DNA of 64,000 nucleotides from an uncultured Candidatus Saccharibacteria bacterium (GTDB lineage Bacteria > Patescibacteriota > Minisyncoccia > Phycocordibacterales > UBA12088): positions 153,300 through 217,299 of the forward strand of contig CAZLUD010000002.1 in NCBI GenBank assembly GCA_964562615.1, read 5' to 3'. Each line of letters starts with the position of its first letter. Position 1 is the first letter of the stretch. Positions 38,133 through 47,267 of this stretch are shown piece after piece. The translations under genes and the position numbers were made by a program. The notes under the pieces were generated by a model, which saw only the letters and a list, made by a program, of their open reading frames with translations, did not search any database and had not been told where the DNA came from.

Positions 38133-39128
38133 ATGGAAAAACTTGATTTTGTAGCAATTGGCGACATCGTAAATGATGAATTCATTGAGCTCTCACCAGA
38201 GTGGACTAAAGTAGTAACAGATACTGAAAGTGGGCGCGAGCTCCTTGCTATGAATTTTGGAGACAAAATTGAGTTTAAAGACTTTGTCATTGTTCCTGCA
38301 GTAGGCAATAGTCCAAATGCTGCAGTAAGTGCGCACCGCTTGGGTCTGCGTAGCGCGCTAGTAACTGATATGGGAGATGATGACGAGGGCGATCAGATGA
38401 TGCGCCAACTTGAGCACGAGGGTGTTGATAGACAATTTATACGAAGACATCCAGGGAAAAAATCAAATCATCATTACGTACTACGCCTTGCCCCTGAACG
38501 AACCATTTTGATTAAGCACGAAGAGTACCCCTACTCACTTCCTGATCTTGGTGAGCCATCATGGATATATTTCAGCTCGGTAGGAAATAACTCCCTCCCG
38601 TATCACCAGGAAATTGCCACGTATGTAAAAAATCACCCAGCAAGCAAATTGGTATTTCAGCCTGGATCGTTCCAAATCAAATTAGGATACGAAGTACTTA
38701 AATCAATATATGAAGCATCTACATTATTCTTTTGTAACAAAGAAGAAGCGCAGAGTATTGTAGGAAAAAAGGAGCTTGATATAAAACAATTACTGACAGC
38801 AATCCATGAAAAGGGTCCAAAAATCGTAGTGATTACTGATGGCCCACGAGGTGCCTACGCAAGCGATGGTACAAACGCCTGGCACATGCCTATGTATCCT
38901 GACATTGCCCCACCTGTTGATAGAACTGGTGCTGGTGATTCATTCTCTTCAACATTTACAAGCGCGCTTGCATTAGGACATGACATACCAACGGCATTGA
39001 GTTGGGGTCCAATTAACTCAATGTCTGTAGTACAAGAGATTGGCGCACAAAAGGGACTCCTCTCTCAAGAAGCAATACAGCAATACCTCCAAAACGCACC
39101 TGCAGAGTACACTCCGACGCTCCTATAG
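38133..39128 (+). CDS. PfkB-family carbohydrate/nucleoside kinase (ribokinase-like).
   Basis: DRTGAGDSFSSTF signature; N-terminal GG-type motif AIGDIVND. Confidence 0.75.
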   Translation: MEKLDFVAIGDIVNDEFIELSPEWTKVVTDTESGRELLAMNFGDKIEFKDFVIVPAVGNSPNAAVSAHRLGLRSALVTDMGDDDEGDQMMRQLEHEGVDRQFIRRHPGKKSNHHYVLRLAPERTILIKHEEYPYSLPDLGEPSWIYFSSVGNNSLPYHQEIATYVKNHPASKLVFQPGSFQIKLGYEVLKSIYEASTLFFCNKEEAQSIVGKKELDIKQLLTAIHEKGPKIVVITDGPRGAYASDGTNAWHMPMYPDIAPPVDRTGAGDSFSSTFTSALALGHDIPTALSWGPINSMSVVQEIGAQKGLLSQEAIQQYLQNAPAEYTPTLL

Positions 39129-39135
39129 CAAAAAG

Positions 39136-39336
39136 CTATTCTTTGTAGAGATCAACATCATCAAAATCTCTGCCCTTTAAGATTTGATCATTTTGTACTC
39201 GTGTTGCTGAGATATCAGCAATGAATGCTTCGCTGTGCGATACTTTGTAAATAAGAAACATCGCACCACCCGCTAGTAATCCGAGAAATATTCCACTGAA
39301 CCAAAAATTTAATTTTATTGCGTGTAAATTTCTCAT
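39136..39336 (-). CDS. Small membrane protein (~66 aa).
   Basis: MRNLHAIKLNFWFSGIFLGLLAGGAMFLIY. Confidence 0.3.
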   Translation of the reverse strand: MRNLHAIKLNFWFSGIFLGLLAGGAMFLIYKVSHSEAFIADISATRVQNDQILKGRDFDDVDLYKE

Positions 39337-39483
39337 GGTGATTATCTTATTAATACACAAGCATTGAGTGGGATATTGTCCAAAGAAAGTAGTATGCTCC
39401 TGCGGTGACTGATGATATAAAAAACCATGCAACAATTGGTCTTACTTCGTATGCCTTCATTGCTGAGAATTTCTTTTTCATGA

Positions 39484-40476
39484 TTACGCTTGTGTTAAGG
39501 AAATAGCTTTTTGTATGATACTAGGCACATCTAGCCCATACGCAGTGTATAACTCTTGTGTGGTACCAGACTGGCCAAATCGGTTTTGTACCCCTACAAA
39601 CGCCATCTTTGTTGGTCGATTGAGTGATAGGGTTTCTGCTACCGCTCCTCCGAGCCCGGCAATCACTTGATGCTCTTCAACGGTAAGGATGGCGTTAGTT
39701 TCATTTGCAAGTGCTACTATCGCATCGGTATCAAGAGGTTTTATAGTATGTACTGAAAGTACCACCGAGCTAATACCAAGACGAGTCTCTAATTCAACCG
39801 CAGCCTGTATGGCCTGATACACCATGCTTCCCATCGCAATGATACCTACCGTTGGCGCATTTCCTTGCCACACTCTATAGGCCTTCCCTATTTCAAATGG
39901 AGTATCTTTGGTAGTAAGTAATGGGGTATTTTCTCTTGCAAATCTAAGGTACATGGGGCGCTTACTTGTTGCAGCAGCAAGGGTTGCCTTTCTTGCTTCT
40001 TCCATGTCGGATGGGACAATCACGGTCATATTAGGTATCACCCGCATAAGCGCGACATCCTCAAGTGCTTGATGTGTTGCACCATCAGGACCCACCGAGA
40101 GGCCGGCATGCATACCACAAACCACTACTGGTTGCTCATTAAGCGCAATGGTGGTGCGTATCTGTTCATTATTGCGTCCAGGATTAAAAGCGGCGTAGGA
40201 GGTGATAAACGGCACCTTTCCCATTGATGCCATACCACTTGCTACTCCTGCAAGATTTTGTTCGGCAACCCCAAGCTCAATGTACCTATCAGGAAATTTT
40301 TCTTTAAACCAATGACTGCGGGTACTCTCTGCCAAGTCCGCACACAGCACTACTACATTGTGGTCACGCTCACCCGCCTCTACTACCCCCTTACCAAAAC
40401 CATCGCGTGTAGCACCTTCTTCTCTCGCGGTGGCATCAAGTATTCCTTTATGTAATCGGGCTTCTCCTACCAGCAT
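39484..40476 (-). CDS. Transketolase, C-terminal (pyrimidine-binding) subunit of a split enzyme.
   Basis: Pyr-binding and C-terminal domains (..MASMGKVPFITSYAAF..GMHAGLSVGPDGATHQ). Confidence 0.85.
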   Translation of the reverse strand: MLVGEARLHKGILDATAREEGATRDGFGKGVVEAGERDHNVVVLCADLAESTRSHWFKEKFPDRYIELGVAEQNLAGVASGMASMGKVPFITSYAAFNPGRNNEQIRTTIALNEQPVVVCGMHAGLSVGPDGATHQALEDVALMRVIPNMTVIVPSDMEEARKATLAAATSKRPMYLRFARENTPLLTTKDTPFEIGKAYRVWQGNAPTVGIIAMGSMVYQAIQAAVELETRLGISSVVLSVHTIKPLDTDAIVALANETNAILTVEEHQVIAGLGGAVAETLSLNRPTKMAFVGVQNRFGQSGTTQELYTAYGLDVPSIIQKAISLTQA

Positions 40477-40477
40477 A

Positions 40478-41341
40478 TTAGTCGTGGTTACTTGGAGTTA
40501 TCTTTCCTCCTAATGTACGAAGTTCTTTGAGCCATCTTAGTTCTTGCTCTTTATTTGGTGGCATACCATGCCATTTATAATCGTACTCGATCTCTTTTAT
40601 TCCCTTACCGGCTATTGCGTGCGCAATAATAAGCGTGGGCTTTTCGTACACTGCTTTTGCTTGTTCTACCGCATCAACAATTGCCTCCATGTTGTGCGCG
40701 TCTATATCAATAACATTCCAATTAAATGCTTCGTACTTGTCTTTGAGTGGCTCAAGAGGCATCACATCTTCGGTCATGCCGTTTATTTGTATATTGTTTC
40801 TGTCTATTATAGCGGTGAGATTTGATAGCTTGTACTTACCCGCAAACATAACCGCCTCCCACACATTACCTGCATCCTGCTCACCATCACCCATCATGCA
40901 ATACGTGCGAAATGGTTTTTTATCCATTCGGGCGGCAAGTGCAATTCCTGCTGCTTGAGAAAGTCCAGTACCCAACGGACCAGAAGTGGTTTCCATTTCT
41001 GGTAACAAAATACGTTCAGGGTGTCCCTGCATACGTGATCCAAATTTTCTAAGTGTTTTAGCTTCTTCAACACTAAAATAACCCGCAAGCGCCATCGTTG
41101 CGTACCGTATAGGAACAATATGTCCGTTAGAGAGGATGAATCTATCCCTCTCCTCAAACATTGGTTCTTTTGGCGAATGATTTAATATATGAAAATAAAA
41201 TGCAGTAAACACATCCGCCATACCAAGCGGACCTGCGGTGTGCCCTGACCCAGCATCCTCAAGCATGTCGATAAGCAATTGCCGTACTTCGTTTGCTTTG
41301 TTTTCAAGAAAAAGTCTTTTTTCTTCTGTGAGATATGCCAT
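40478..41341 (-). CDS. Transketolase, N-terminal (TPP-binding) subunit.
   Basis: GSGHTAGPLGMADV; GDGEQDAGNVWEA (TPP-binding GDG motif). Confidence 0.85.
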   Translation of the reverse strand: MAYLTEEKRLFLENKANEVRQLLIDMLEDAGSGHTAGPLGMADVFTAFYFHILNHSPKEPMFEERDRFILSNGHIVPIRYATMALAGYFSVEEAKTLRKFGSRMQGHPERILLPEMETTSGPLGTGLSQAAGIALAARMDKKPFRTYCMMGDGEQDAGNVWEAVMFAGKYKLSNLTAIIDRNNIQINGMTEDVMPLEPLKDKYEAFNWNVIDIDAHNMEAIVDAVEQAKAVYEKPTLIIAHAIAGKGIKEIEYDYKWHGMPPNKEQELRWLKELRTLGGKITPSNHD

Positions 41342-41384
41342 TACTACTATGATACCTCAAATAGACGCTTTCGGTATCCACACA

Positions 41385-41898
41385 CTAGCGTTCAAAGCCT
41401 CCTAAGACATAATCAAATTCTCCTTGCCAGTATCGTGATGGACAACTCCATCCAGGTGAATCTGGGTGTGGGTTAGGAGATGTCTCCATGTCCCGTACCC
41501 CAAGTACAAAATATGCCCCACGAGCACTATCGCACCCTGCATAGCCCGCTGGGTACCGGTAGTAATTGTATCCTTGGCAGTCAGCAGTAAATCCCTCGTC
41601 GATGGGCACTCTCCCTCCAAAATAGGTGTCCATACCCCTTCCGTTAAGTAGTGGGTATGTACGGTTGCCATTATCCCACCCACCGCATCCATCAAAATCT
41701 GAATCTGGGTAGGCGTTATAATCTGAATAATACAACGCGAGCGCTTTTACGATTTCTTGAATCTCTGCCAATCGTGCGGCATCTCGTGCCTTTGTGCGCG
41801 CACTATTAAGCGAGGCAAATACCACCGATGAAAGTAGTCCGATGATGGCGATAACCACAAGTAGCTCAATGAGGGTAAACGCACCGCTTATGCTTCAT
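41385..41898 (-). pseudogene. Type IV pilin-like gene with a +1 frameshift between its ATG (MKHKR.., 41898..41896) and the conserved pilin body (..AFTLIELLVVIAIIG.., which starts with GTG at 41858 in the ORF track).
   Basis: ATG AAG CAT AAG CGG runs into TGA in frame. The FTLIELLVV frame is offset by one nucleotide, consistent with a single extra base near cggTgcg. Confidence 0.55.
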
Positions 41899-42583
41899 GG
41901 ATAGCGTCTTCTGCTATGGTGAGTAATGTGTGGTACGCATCTTTTGGTGACGCATCTGCAAAGATTGCTGACCCTGCGGCAAAGTGCGTGGCGCCTGCTG
42001 TGATTAGTTTTTTAATGGTGCGCTTACTAACACCAATATCCACTCCAATCACAACCTCGCTCATTGCATGTATACGCGAGATGATGTCATATACTCGCTC
42101 ATCAAGTGATGTACCCTGTCTACCTATAGTATCGCTTCCCATTACTTGGAGAAGGTCAATCTCATTGAGTAATGTCTCATAACCTTGTGACGATGGGGTA
42201 ATTGCAAGACCTACTCGTGTCCCGCGCTCGCGCGCACGACTAATACATTCACTTAGTTCACTTGCTGAGCATGAGGTAAAGTGAAATATAAGTGTTGACG
42301 ACCCGGCATCAATCCATGCATCAATATGCTCTTTTGGATTTGCTACCATAAGGTCAATTTCATACTCAACTCTATCCCATTTTGGAAGACCTGTATCTTG
42401 CGCGAGAATTTCTTGCCACTCACCATCTGCCTTAGCACCTATCGGCCACGTTGATGGTGTCGCAAACACACCATCAACAATATCAATTTGTATATGCGTT
42501 GCAGGAGGTGCAATAAGAGAGACTTTTTCGCTCAGATCTGCGTATGACGTTGGCAATATGGCGGGTAAAAGCTGGATAGTCAT
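41888..42583 (-). CDS. rpe: Ribulose-phosphate 3-epimerase.
   Basis: TIM-barrel Rpe pattern: ..ILPTSYADL..HIQIDIVDGVF..DLMVANP..GATHFAAGSAIF. Confidence 0.75.
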   Translation of the reverse strand: MTIQLLPAILPTSYADLSEKVSLIAPPATHIQIDIVDGVFATPSTWPIGAKADGEWQEILAQDTGLPKWDRVEYEIDLMVANPKEHIDAWIDAGSSTLIFHFTSCSASELSECISRARERGTRVGLAITPSSQGYETLLNEIDLLQVMGSDTIGRQGTSLDERVYDIISRIHAMSEVVIGVDIGVSKRTIKKLITAGATHFAAGSAIFADASPKDAYHTLLTIAEDAIHEA

Positions 42584-42593
42584 ATACGTACAG

Positions 42594-43100
42594 TTATCGC
42601 GAACAAACGGCGTAATTCATATTATACCCTGGGTTAACTGGTACTGTGGCAAAACGAGCAGTATCCTCAGGAGTAGGACTTTCAAGCTGTGCGTACACGC
42701 ACACACTCGTCTGTGATCCATATGGGTGATAAATCATGTAATGATTGCCAGGATCTGGATGCTTTATTTCACCTGATGTAAAACCTGCGTTCATAAGTGC
42801 TCTTGAAACAGACAATGCATAGCTTCCAGTGTCTTGATAATCAAACCAACCACATGAGCATCCCTGCCACCCTGACCCAGCAACTTGAAATGTATTATAC
42901 GTATCATAATACAATTGGAGCGCAGTCATTGCCTGCGAAAGATCTTGCTTTCGCTTTGCATCTCGCGCCTTTCCACGAGCACTATTAAGCGACGCAAATA
43001 CCACCGATGAAAGTAGCCCGATGATGGCGATAACCACGAGTAGCTCAATGAGGGTAAATCCTTTTTTGTTTTTTGCGCGCTGTTGATAATAGGTAAACAT
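42594..43100 (-). CDS. Type IV pilin-like protein.
   Basis: MFTYYQQRAKNKKG|FTLIELLVVIAIIGLLSSVVFASLNSARGKARDAKR. Confidence 0.8.
   Translation of the reverse strand: MFTYYQQRAKNKKGFTLIELLVVIAIIGLLSSVVFASLNSARGKARDAKRKQDLSQAMTALQLYYDTYNTFQVAGSGWQGCSCGWFDYQDTGSYALSVSRALMNAGFTSGEIKHPDPGNHYMIYHPYGSQTSVCVYAQLESPTPEDTARFATVPVNPGYNMNYAVCSR
42955..43061. repeat. ~107-nt segment (pilin 5' end) nearly identical to 44476..44582.
   Basis: tttgcatctcgcgcctttccacgagcactattaagcgacgcaaataccaccgatgaaagtagcccgatgatggcgataaccacgagtagctcaatgag... with 3-4 mismatches against the second copy. Confidence 0.8.
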
Positions 43101-43202
43101 TGGTATTCTCTAAGAAATAAAATAGTACATTAATAGTAACATACCCTTGCTTTTTTTTATTTTTTGTATAGTATTAATCATACAAATGGCCACTAGGCCC
43201 CC

Positions 43203-43230
43203 GAGAAACCCCGCTTAGGCGGGGTTTCGA
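43203..43230. terminator. GC-rich hairpin between the MazF-like gene and the next pilin gene.
   Basis: aaaccccgc-ttag-gcggggttt stem; weak T-run on the plus side only. Confidence 0.4.
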
Positions 43231-43233
43231 CTT

Positions 43234-43620
43234 TTATAACTTTGGAAAGAATTGCTGAACTTGAGCCAAAATTTTCTTGAACTGATTTTTCGGTAATTTA
43301 TACATAAGACGTTCTAGACGTTTGCTACTAACAAGTCTAAGTTGAGAAAGGATAACTGCCGATCCTTCTTGTCCGCCAATCGGAAAATAATACTGATTTC
43401 GCTTATCTGATGTAGTAAGTGGAAGTGCCCAAAAAACGTCCCTATTAAATTTCTTTATTACCAGAACGGGCCTTTCGAACTTTTCTCCACCATCTTGCTC
43501 ATACCCCACGTTTAGCCCAAGCGAACACCACCATATCTCTCGCTCATGAAAGAACGGAACATTCTCTCTTTCATGAATAATTTTCTTTTTCTTATTCCAG
43601 ACTTCAAAATCTTTTTTCAT
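43234..43620 (-). CDS. PemK/MazF-fold (mRNA-interferase-like) protein. It has no partner: no adjacent antitoxin ORF.
   Basis: EIWWCSLGLNVGYEQDGGEKFERPVLVIKKF...ALPLTTS fits the MazF/Kid N-terminal pattern (dl.p..G.EQ.G.RP.lvi...a.P.T). Confidence 0.5.
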   Translation of the reverse strand: MKKDFEVWNKKKKIIHERENVPFFHEREIWWCSLGLNVGYEQDGGEKFERPVLVIKKFNRDVFWALPLTTSDKRNQYYFPIGGQEGSAVILSQLRLVSSKRLERLMYKLPKNQFKKILAQVQQFFPKL

Positions 43621-43628
43621 GCTACCAC

Positions 43629-44078
43629 CTATAACGTATCAAGCTTGTGATTACGTCTACTATGTCGCTCCTCATTTGGAAAAATTGTCGTAAGAAATAT
43701 TTTAACCGCCGCCTTTGCCTCATCATGAGTCAAAAACCTTGCGCCGAGTGATAACGCATTTGCATCATTATGCTCTCTACTCAAGGTTATAAGCTCAAGG
43801 TTGTTGGTATTGTAAGATACTGCTCGTACCCCCTTAAAACGGTTTGCCATAATCGCCTCTCCATACCCTGATCCACCAAGTATGATTGCTCGAGTGTCTT
43901 CATCTGCGTGTGAGAGTTCTTTTGCAGCAAGTGCAATGTAGTCATTGTAATCATCATCCGCGACAAGAGCACTTGCTCCCATATCAACAACTTCGTGCCC
44001 TAATACATGAGCTACATACTCAACAAGCACCTCTTTTAGAGCGAAGCCTGCGTGATCTGTTGCAAATAATATTTTCAT
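43629..44078 (-). CDS. rpiB: Ribose-5-phosphate isomerase B.
   Basis: MKILFATDHAGF...GGSGYGEAIMANR...HNDANALSLGARF. Confidence 0.85.
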   Translation of the reverse strand: MKILFATDHAGFALKEVLVEYVAHVLGHEVVDMGASALVADDDYNDYIALAAKELSHADEDTRAIILGGSGYGEAIMANRFKGVRAVSYNTNNLELITLSREHNDANALSLGARFLTHDEAKAAVKIFLTTIFPNEERHSRRNHKLDTL

Positions 44079-44087
44079 AAATGAATT

Positions 44088-44621
44088 TTAGTGGTCAGCA
44101 AACATATACGGGCTATAGCCGTAGCCGCCTCCCGCATAACTGCACCAATAAGTTTCTCCTCCCCAATCATGATATCGCCAACCTCGTACCGCGCATCGCT
44201 CAGGATGACTTGTGTTTTCAAATTGTCCAACGAGGTCATATTTTTGACCTGAACCAGAGCCGTATACATACGTATAGTAGCCATTATTCCACGGACCAGC
44301 ACATGAGGTATTGATAGGATCCTTTGGCAAACTTGGCATATATGCTGTTAAAGCACTTTGTAAGTTATTCCATGACGAATCACAGCTATACCACCACCCT
44401 CCAATTGGATACGCACCATTTGCATCATAATAAAGCTCAAGCGCTATTCTTACCTGCTGTAAATCAGCCTGTCTTTTTGCATCTCGCGCCTTTGCACGAG
44501 CACTATTAAGCGACGCAAATACCACCGATGAAAGTAGCCCGATGATGGCGATAACCACGAGTAGCTCAATGAGTGTAAACCCCTTTCTTGTATTATTACT
44601 TAATGAAGAGAAAGTACCCAT
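44088..44621 (-). CDS. Type IV pilin-like protein.
   Basis: MGTFSSLSNNTRKG|FTLIELLVVIAIIGLLSSVVFASLNSARAKARDAKR. Confidence 0.8.
   Translation of the reverse strand: MGTFSSLSNNTRKGFTLIELLVVIAIIGLLSSVVFASLNSARAKARDAKRQADLQQVRIALELYYDANGAYPIGGWWYSCDSSWNNLQSALTAYMPSLPKDPINTSCAGPWNNGYYTYVYGSGSGQKYDLVGQFENTSHPERCAVRGWRYHDWGGETYWCSYAGGGYGYSPYMFADH
44476..44582. repeat. Second copy of the ~107-nt pilin 5'-end repeat (see 42955..43061).
   Basis: Near-identical sequence. Five other pilin genes share a more diverged (~80-90%) version. Confidence 0.8.
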
Positions 44622-44626
44622 TATAG

Positions 44627-45664
44627 TTATATATACTTTCCCGCTTCTTTGACGTGCTGTATAAGCGAGTGAGTGTAGCCCATTTCATTGTCGTACCACG
44701 CAAGTACCTTAACAAGGTCACCATCTACCACCTGCGTAAGGGAGAGATCCGCTATTGAGGCAAAGGGCTGTCCCAACACATCACTTGATACTATAGGTTC
44801 TTCTGTGAATGAAAACACATCTTTCCACCGAGGAGTAAGTGCCGCTTCTTTAAGTGCGGTGTTTACTTCTGCTACTGAGGTACGTCTTTTTGCAACAAAT
44901 GTAATATCAGCAATTGACCCTGCGATTACAGGCACTCGCATTGCCACCCCATCAAATTTTCCTGCAAGATCGGTAATAGCCTTGGTGGTAGCAACCGCTG
45001 CGCCGGTAGTGGTGGGTACAATGTTGTGTGCTGCAGCTCTCCCTTCTTTCCAATCTTTTGGTTTGGTACCGTCGACAATAGATTGACTTGCGGTATAAGC
45101 ATGGGTGGTGTTAAGCATTGCCTTTTCTATGCCAATAGCCTCATGCAATATTTGTATCACAGGAGACACGGCATTAGTGGTGCATGATGCATTAGAAGAT
45201 ATATCTGCGTCTTTAAGAAGCTCGGTATTAATACCCATTAGCGCGGTAACTCCAACAATTCCATTTGGTGCCTCGTCTTTTACCGGAGCGCTGATAACCA
45301 CTCGTTTAGCTCCTGCCTCAAGATGTACTCGCGCCTTTTCATAACTTGCAAATACACCGGTAGATTCAAGGACTATATCAATATCTAATTCACCCCACGG
45401 CAACATGGTGGGATCTTTTTCTGATAAAAATCTCGTATGATTACCCTCAACATCCATAAACACCGCACTCCCCTCCTTTTTTATTTTTGGGTCAAACCCG
45501 CTTCGCCCATACACCGTGTCGTATTTAAGCAGATACGCAAGATTTTCTGCGTCGCCTAAGTCATTAATGGCGATTATTTGTAATTCAGGAATATTTTTAG
45601 CAACACTAAAAAATGCCCTTCCTATTCTTCCAAATCCATTTATTGCTACTCGTATTCTTTTCAT
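44627..45664 (-). CDS. gap: Glyceraldehyde-3-phosphate dehydrogenase (type I).
   Basis: RVAINGFGRIGR; catalytic SNASCTTN; overall GAPDH layout. Confidence 0.9.
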   Translation of the reverse strand: MKRIRVAINGFGRIGRAFFSVAKNIPELQIIAINDLGDAENLAYLLKYDTVYGRSGFDPKIKKEGSAVFMDVEGNHTRFLSEKDPTMLPWGELDIDIVLESTGVFASYEKARVHLEAGAKRVVISAPVKDEAPNGIVGVTALMGINTELLKDADISSNASCTTNAVSPVIQILHEAIGIEKAMLNTTHAYTASQSIVDGTKPKDWKEGRAAAHNIVPTTTGAAVATTKAITDLAGKFDGVAMRVPVIAGSIADITFVAKRRTSVAEVNTALKEAALTPRWKDVFSFTEEPIVSSDVLGQPFASIADLSLTQVVDGDLVKVLAWYDNEMGYTHSLIQHVKEAGKYI

Positions 45665-45728
45665 TGTATCTAGTATACATTACTTTTTTTCAACATATCA
45701 CCTTTATTCCCATTCTTTTGTTCTGCCG

Positions 45729-46259
45729 TTATATACCCCCCGTCGTTACTTTATAATTTGGTCTATTAGAAGAGCCGCACGCACCCGCCCCACCTCGCAA
45801 CCAATTATCTGTACCACTTGCTGGGTTGAGATTATTTTGGGTCTGATCTTCAAGAGTGGCATACAGCGCGTACTGTGTTGCTCCTGCATTTGGCGCAGAA
45901 CAATTGTTATATACGTTGCTTATATATAAATATGAATTGTTGTAACAGCTTCCATCTTGTGGGTCCTTAGGAAAAGTAGGAAGAAACTGTAACATTTTTG
46001 ACTCCATAGCAAGACTTGTCTCAATTTGATAATCAACCGCTGGACATGCGCTAGATGGGTATCCACCATACGTGTCGTAATACAATTCGAGCCCTTTCTG
46101 AAGCTCAGCTAGATCGGCTTTTCTTCGAGCATCGCGAGCCTTTCCACGCGCGGTATTTAATGACGCAAATACTACCGACGAAAGTAGCCCGATGATGGCG
46201 ATAACCACCAGAAGCTCGATGAGGGTAAATCCATGTTTGTATCTTAAAAATTTATGCAT
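45729..46259 (-). CDS. Type IV pilin-like protein.
   Basis: MHKFLRYKHG|FTLIELLVVIAIIGLLSSVVFASLNTARGKARDARR. Confidence 0.8.
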   Translation of the reverse strand: MHKFLRYKHGFTLIELLVVIAIIGLLSSVVFASLNTARGKARDARRKADLAELQKGLELYYDTYGGYPSSACPAVDYQIETSLAMESKMLQFLPTFPKDPQDGSCYNNSYLYISNVYNNCSAPNAGATQYALYATLEDQTQNNLNPASGTDNWLRGGAGACGSSNRPNYKVTTGGI

Positions 46260-46571
46260 AGAATATTGTGCACAGTATACTATATTGATTACTCGATTGG
46301 CGCTGCAGCTGGCGCATCACCTAATATACATCCCATACACTTATAAGTGGTGGTAATGTCGAGTTTTATTACAATAGTGGAGATTACACCAACGTATCAA
46401 GCTACCTATTTAAAAGGATCAAGCGTATCTATATATTCTATTAGTAAGAGTAATTTACCACTCTCTGATTATGAAAATTTAAGTAGGAAATTGTACAAAA
46501 ATACACTCACATCTTCACGCTTAAGTTGGCATCCCTTGAAAATCTATCTCGTCTAAACGAGATACGTTGAT

Positions 46572-47195
46572 TTATAAAGATATTTCGGATGCTGATACCA
46601 CCTGGACTCCTCGGGTAAGTCCTTCTGAATCAGAGTATGAGTATGTTGCTTCAAGCCCGAAAGTAGCGATTGCAAACAGTAGTACCGCGGCAGCTGGTAG
46701 CAAAATGCCCTGCATAGTAAATCTAACACTGCGAGGAGTGTGTCGTACCTGAATTGGCGACAGTATCTCTCTTTTAACCGGCACTGTCTCTACTGGTGAG
46801 ACTAGCGACTCTGTTTTTTGTGGCAAATCCTTTGATACCATTGGATAGAGGGGTGCATCGTCATATTCAAACATTATTTGCTCCTCATTTTTAGGAATAA
46901 ATGATGATCTTTTTGATAATTCCTCAACAAGGTACTTTTGCCTCTCGGTGTAGGTGCCCTTTCTCTTAATTTCTACAGCCATACCCCTTGGAGAATTCTC
47001 AGAAATTCGCTTTTGAACCTTTCTGCCGCAAAGAGATGTCTGCTCGACGTACCAAGTACGCCCAACCAACCTACAGTCTGCTCTGTTAGCTCTACAAAGC
47101 TGACCAATGTAATCAGTAGTATATCCAGTAAGCTGTGACGCTCGTACTGAAGATACATACGCCTTACCATTAAAGACTAGTGCATTCTCCTTCAT
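46572..47195 (-). CDS. Membrane-anchored protein with an N-terminal excisionase-type (HTH_17-like) helix-turn-helix.
   Basis: SSVRASQLTGYTTDYIGQLCRANRADCRLVGRTWYV resembles the AlpA/Xis HTH; C-terminal TM ILLPAAAVLLFAIATFGL. Confidence 0.4.
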   Translation of the reverse strand: MKENALVFNGKAYVSSVRASQLTGYTTDYIGQLCRANRADCRLVGRTWYVEQTSLCGRKVQKRISENSPRGMAVEIKRKGTYTERQKYLVEELSKRSSFIPKNEEQIMFEYDDAPLYPMVSKDLPQKTESLVSPVETVPVKREILSPIQVRHTPRSVRFTMQGILLPAAAVLLFAIATFGLEATYSYSDSEGLTRGVQVVSASEISL

Positions 47196-47267
47196 GTGGT
47201 AATTATACCACCAAGCACCCTCTAGAGCACAAGGTATTTGTGCACAGGTCGGCTAGACGAGATATTT

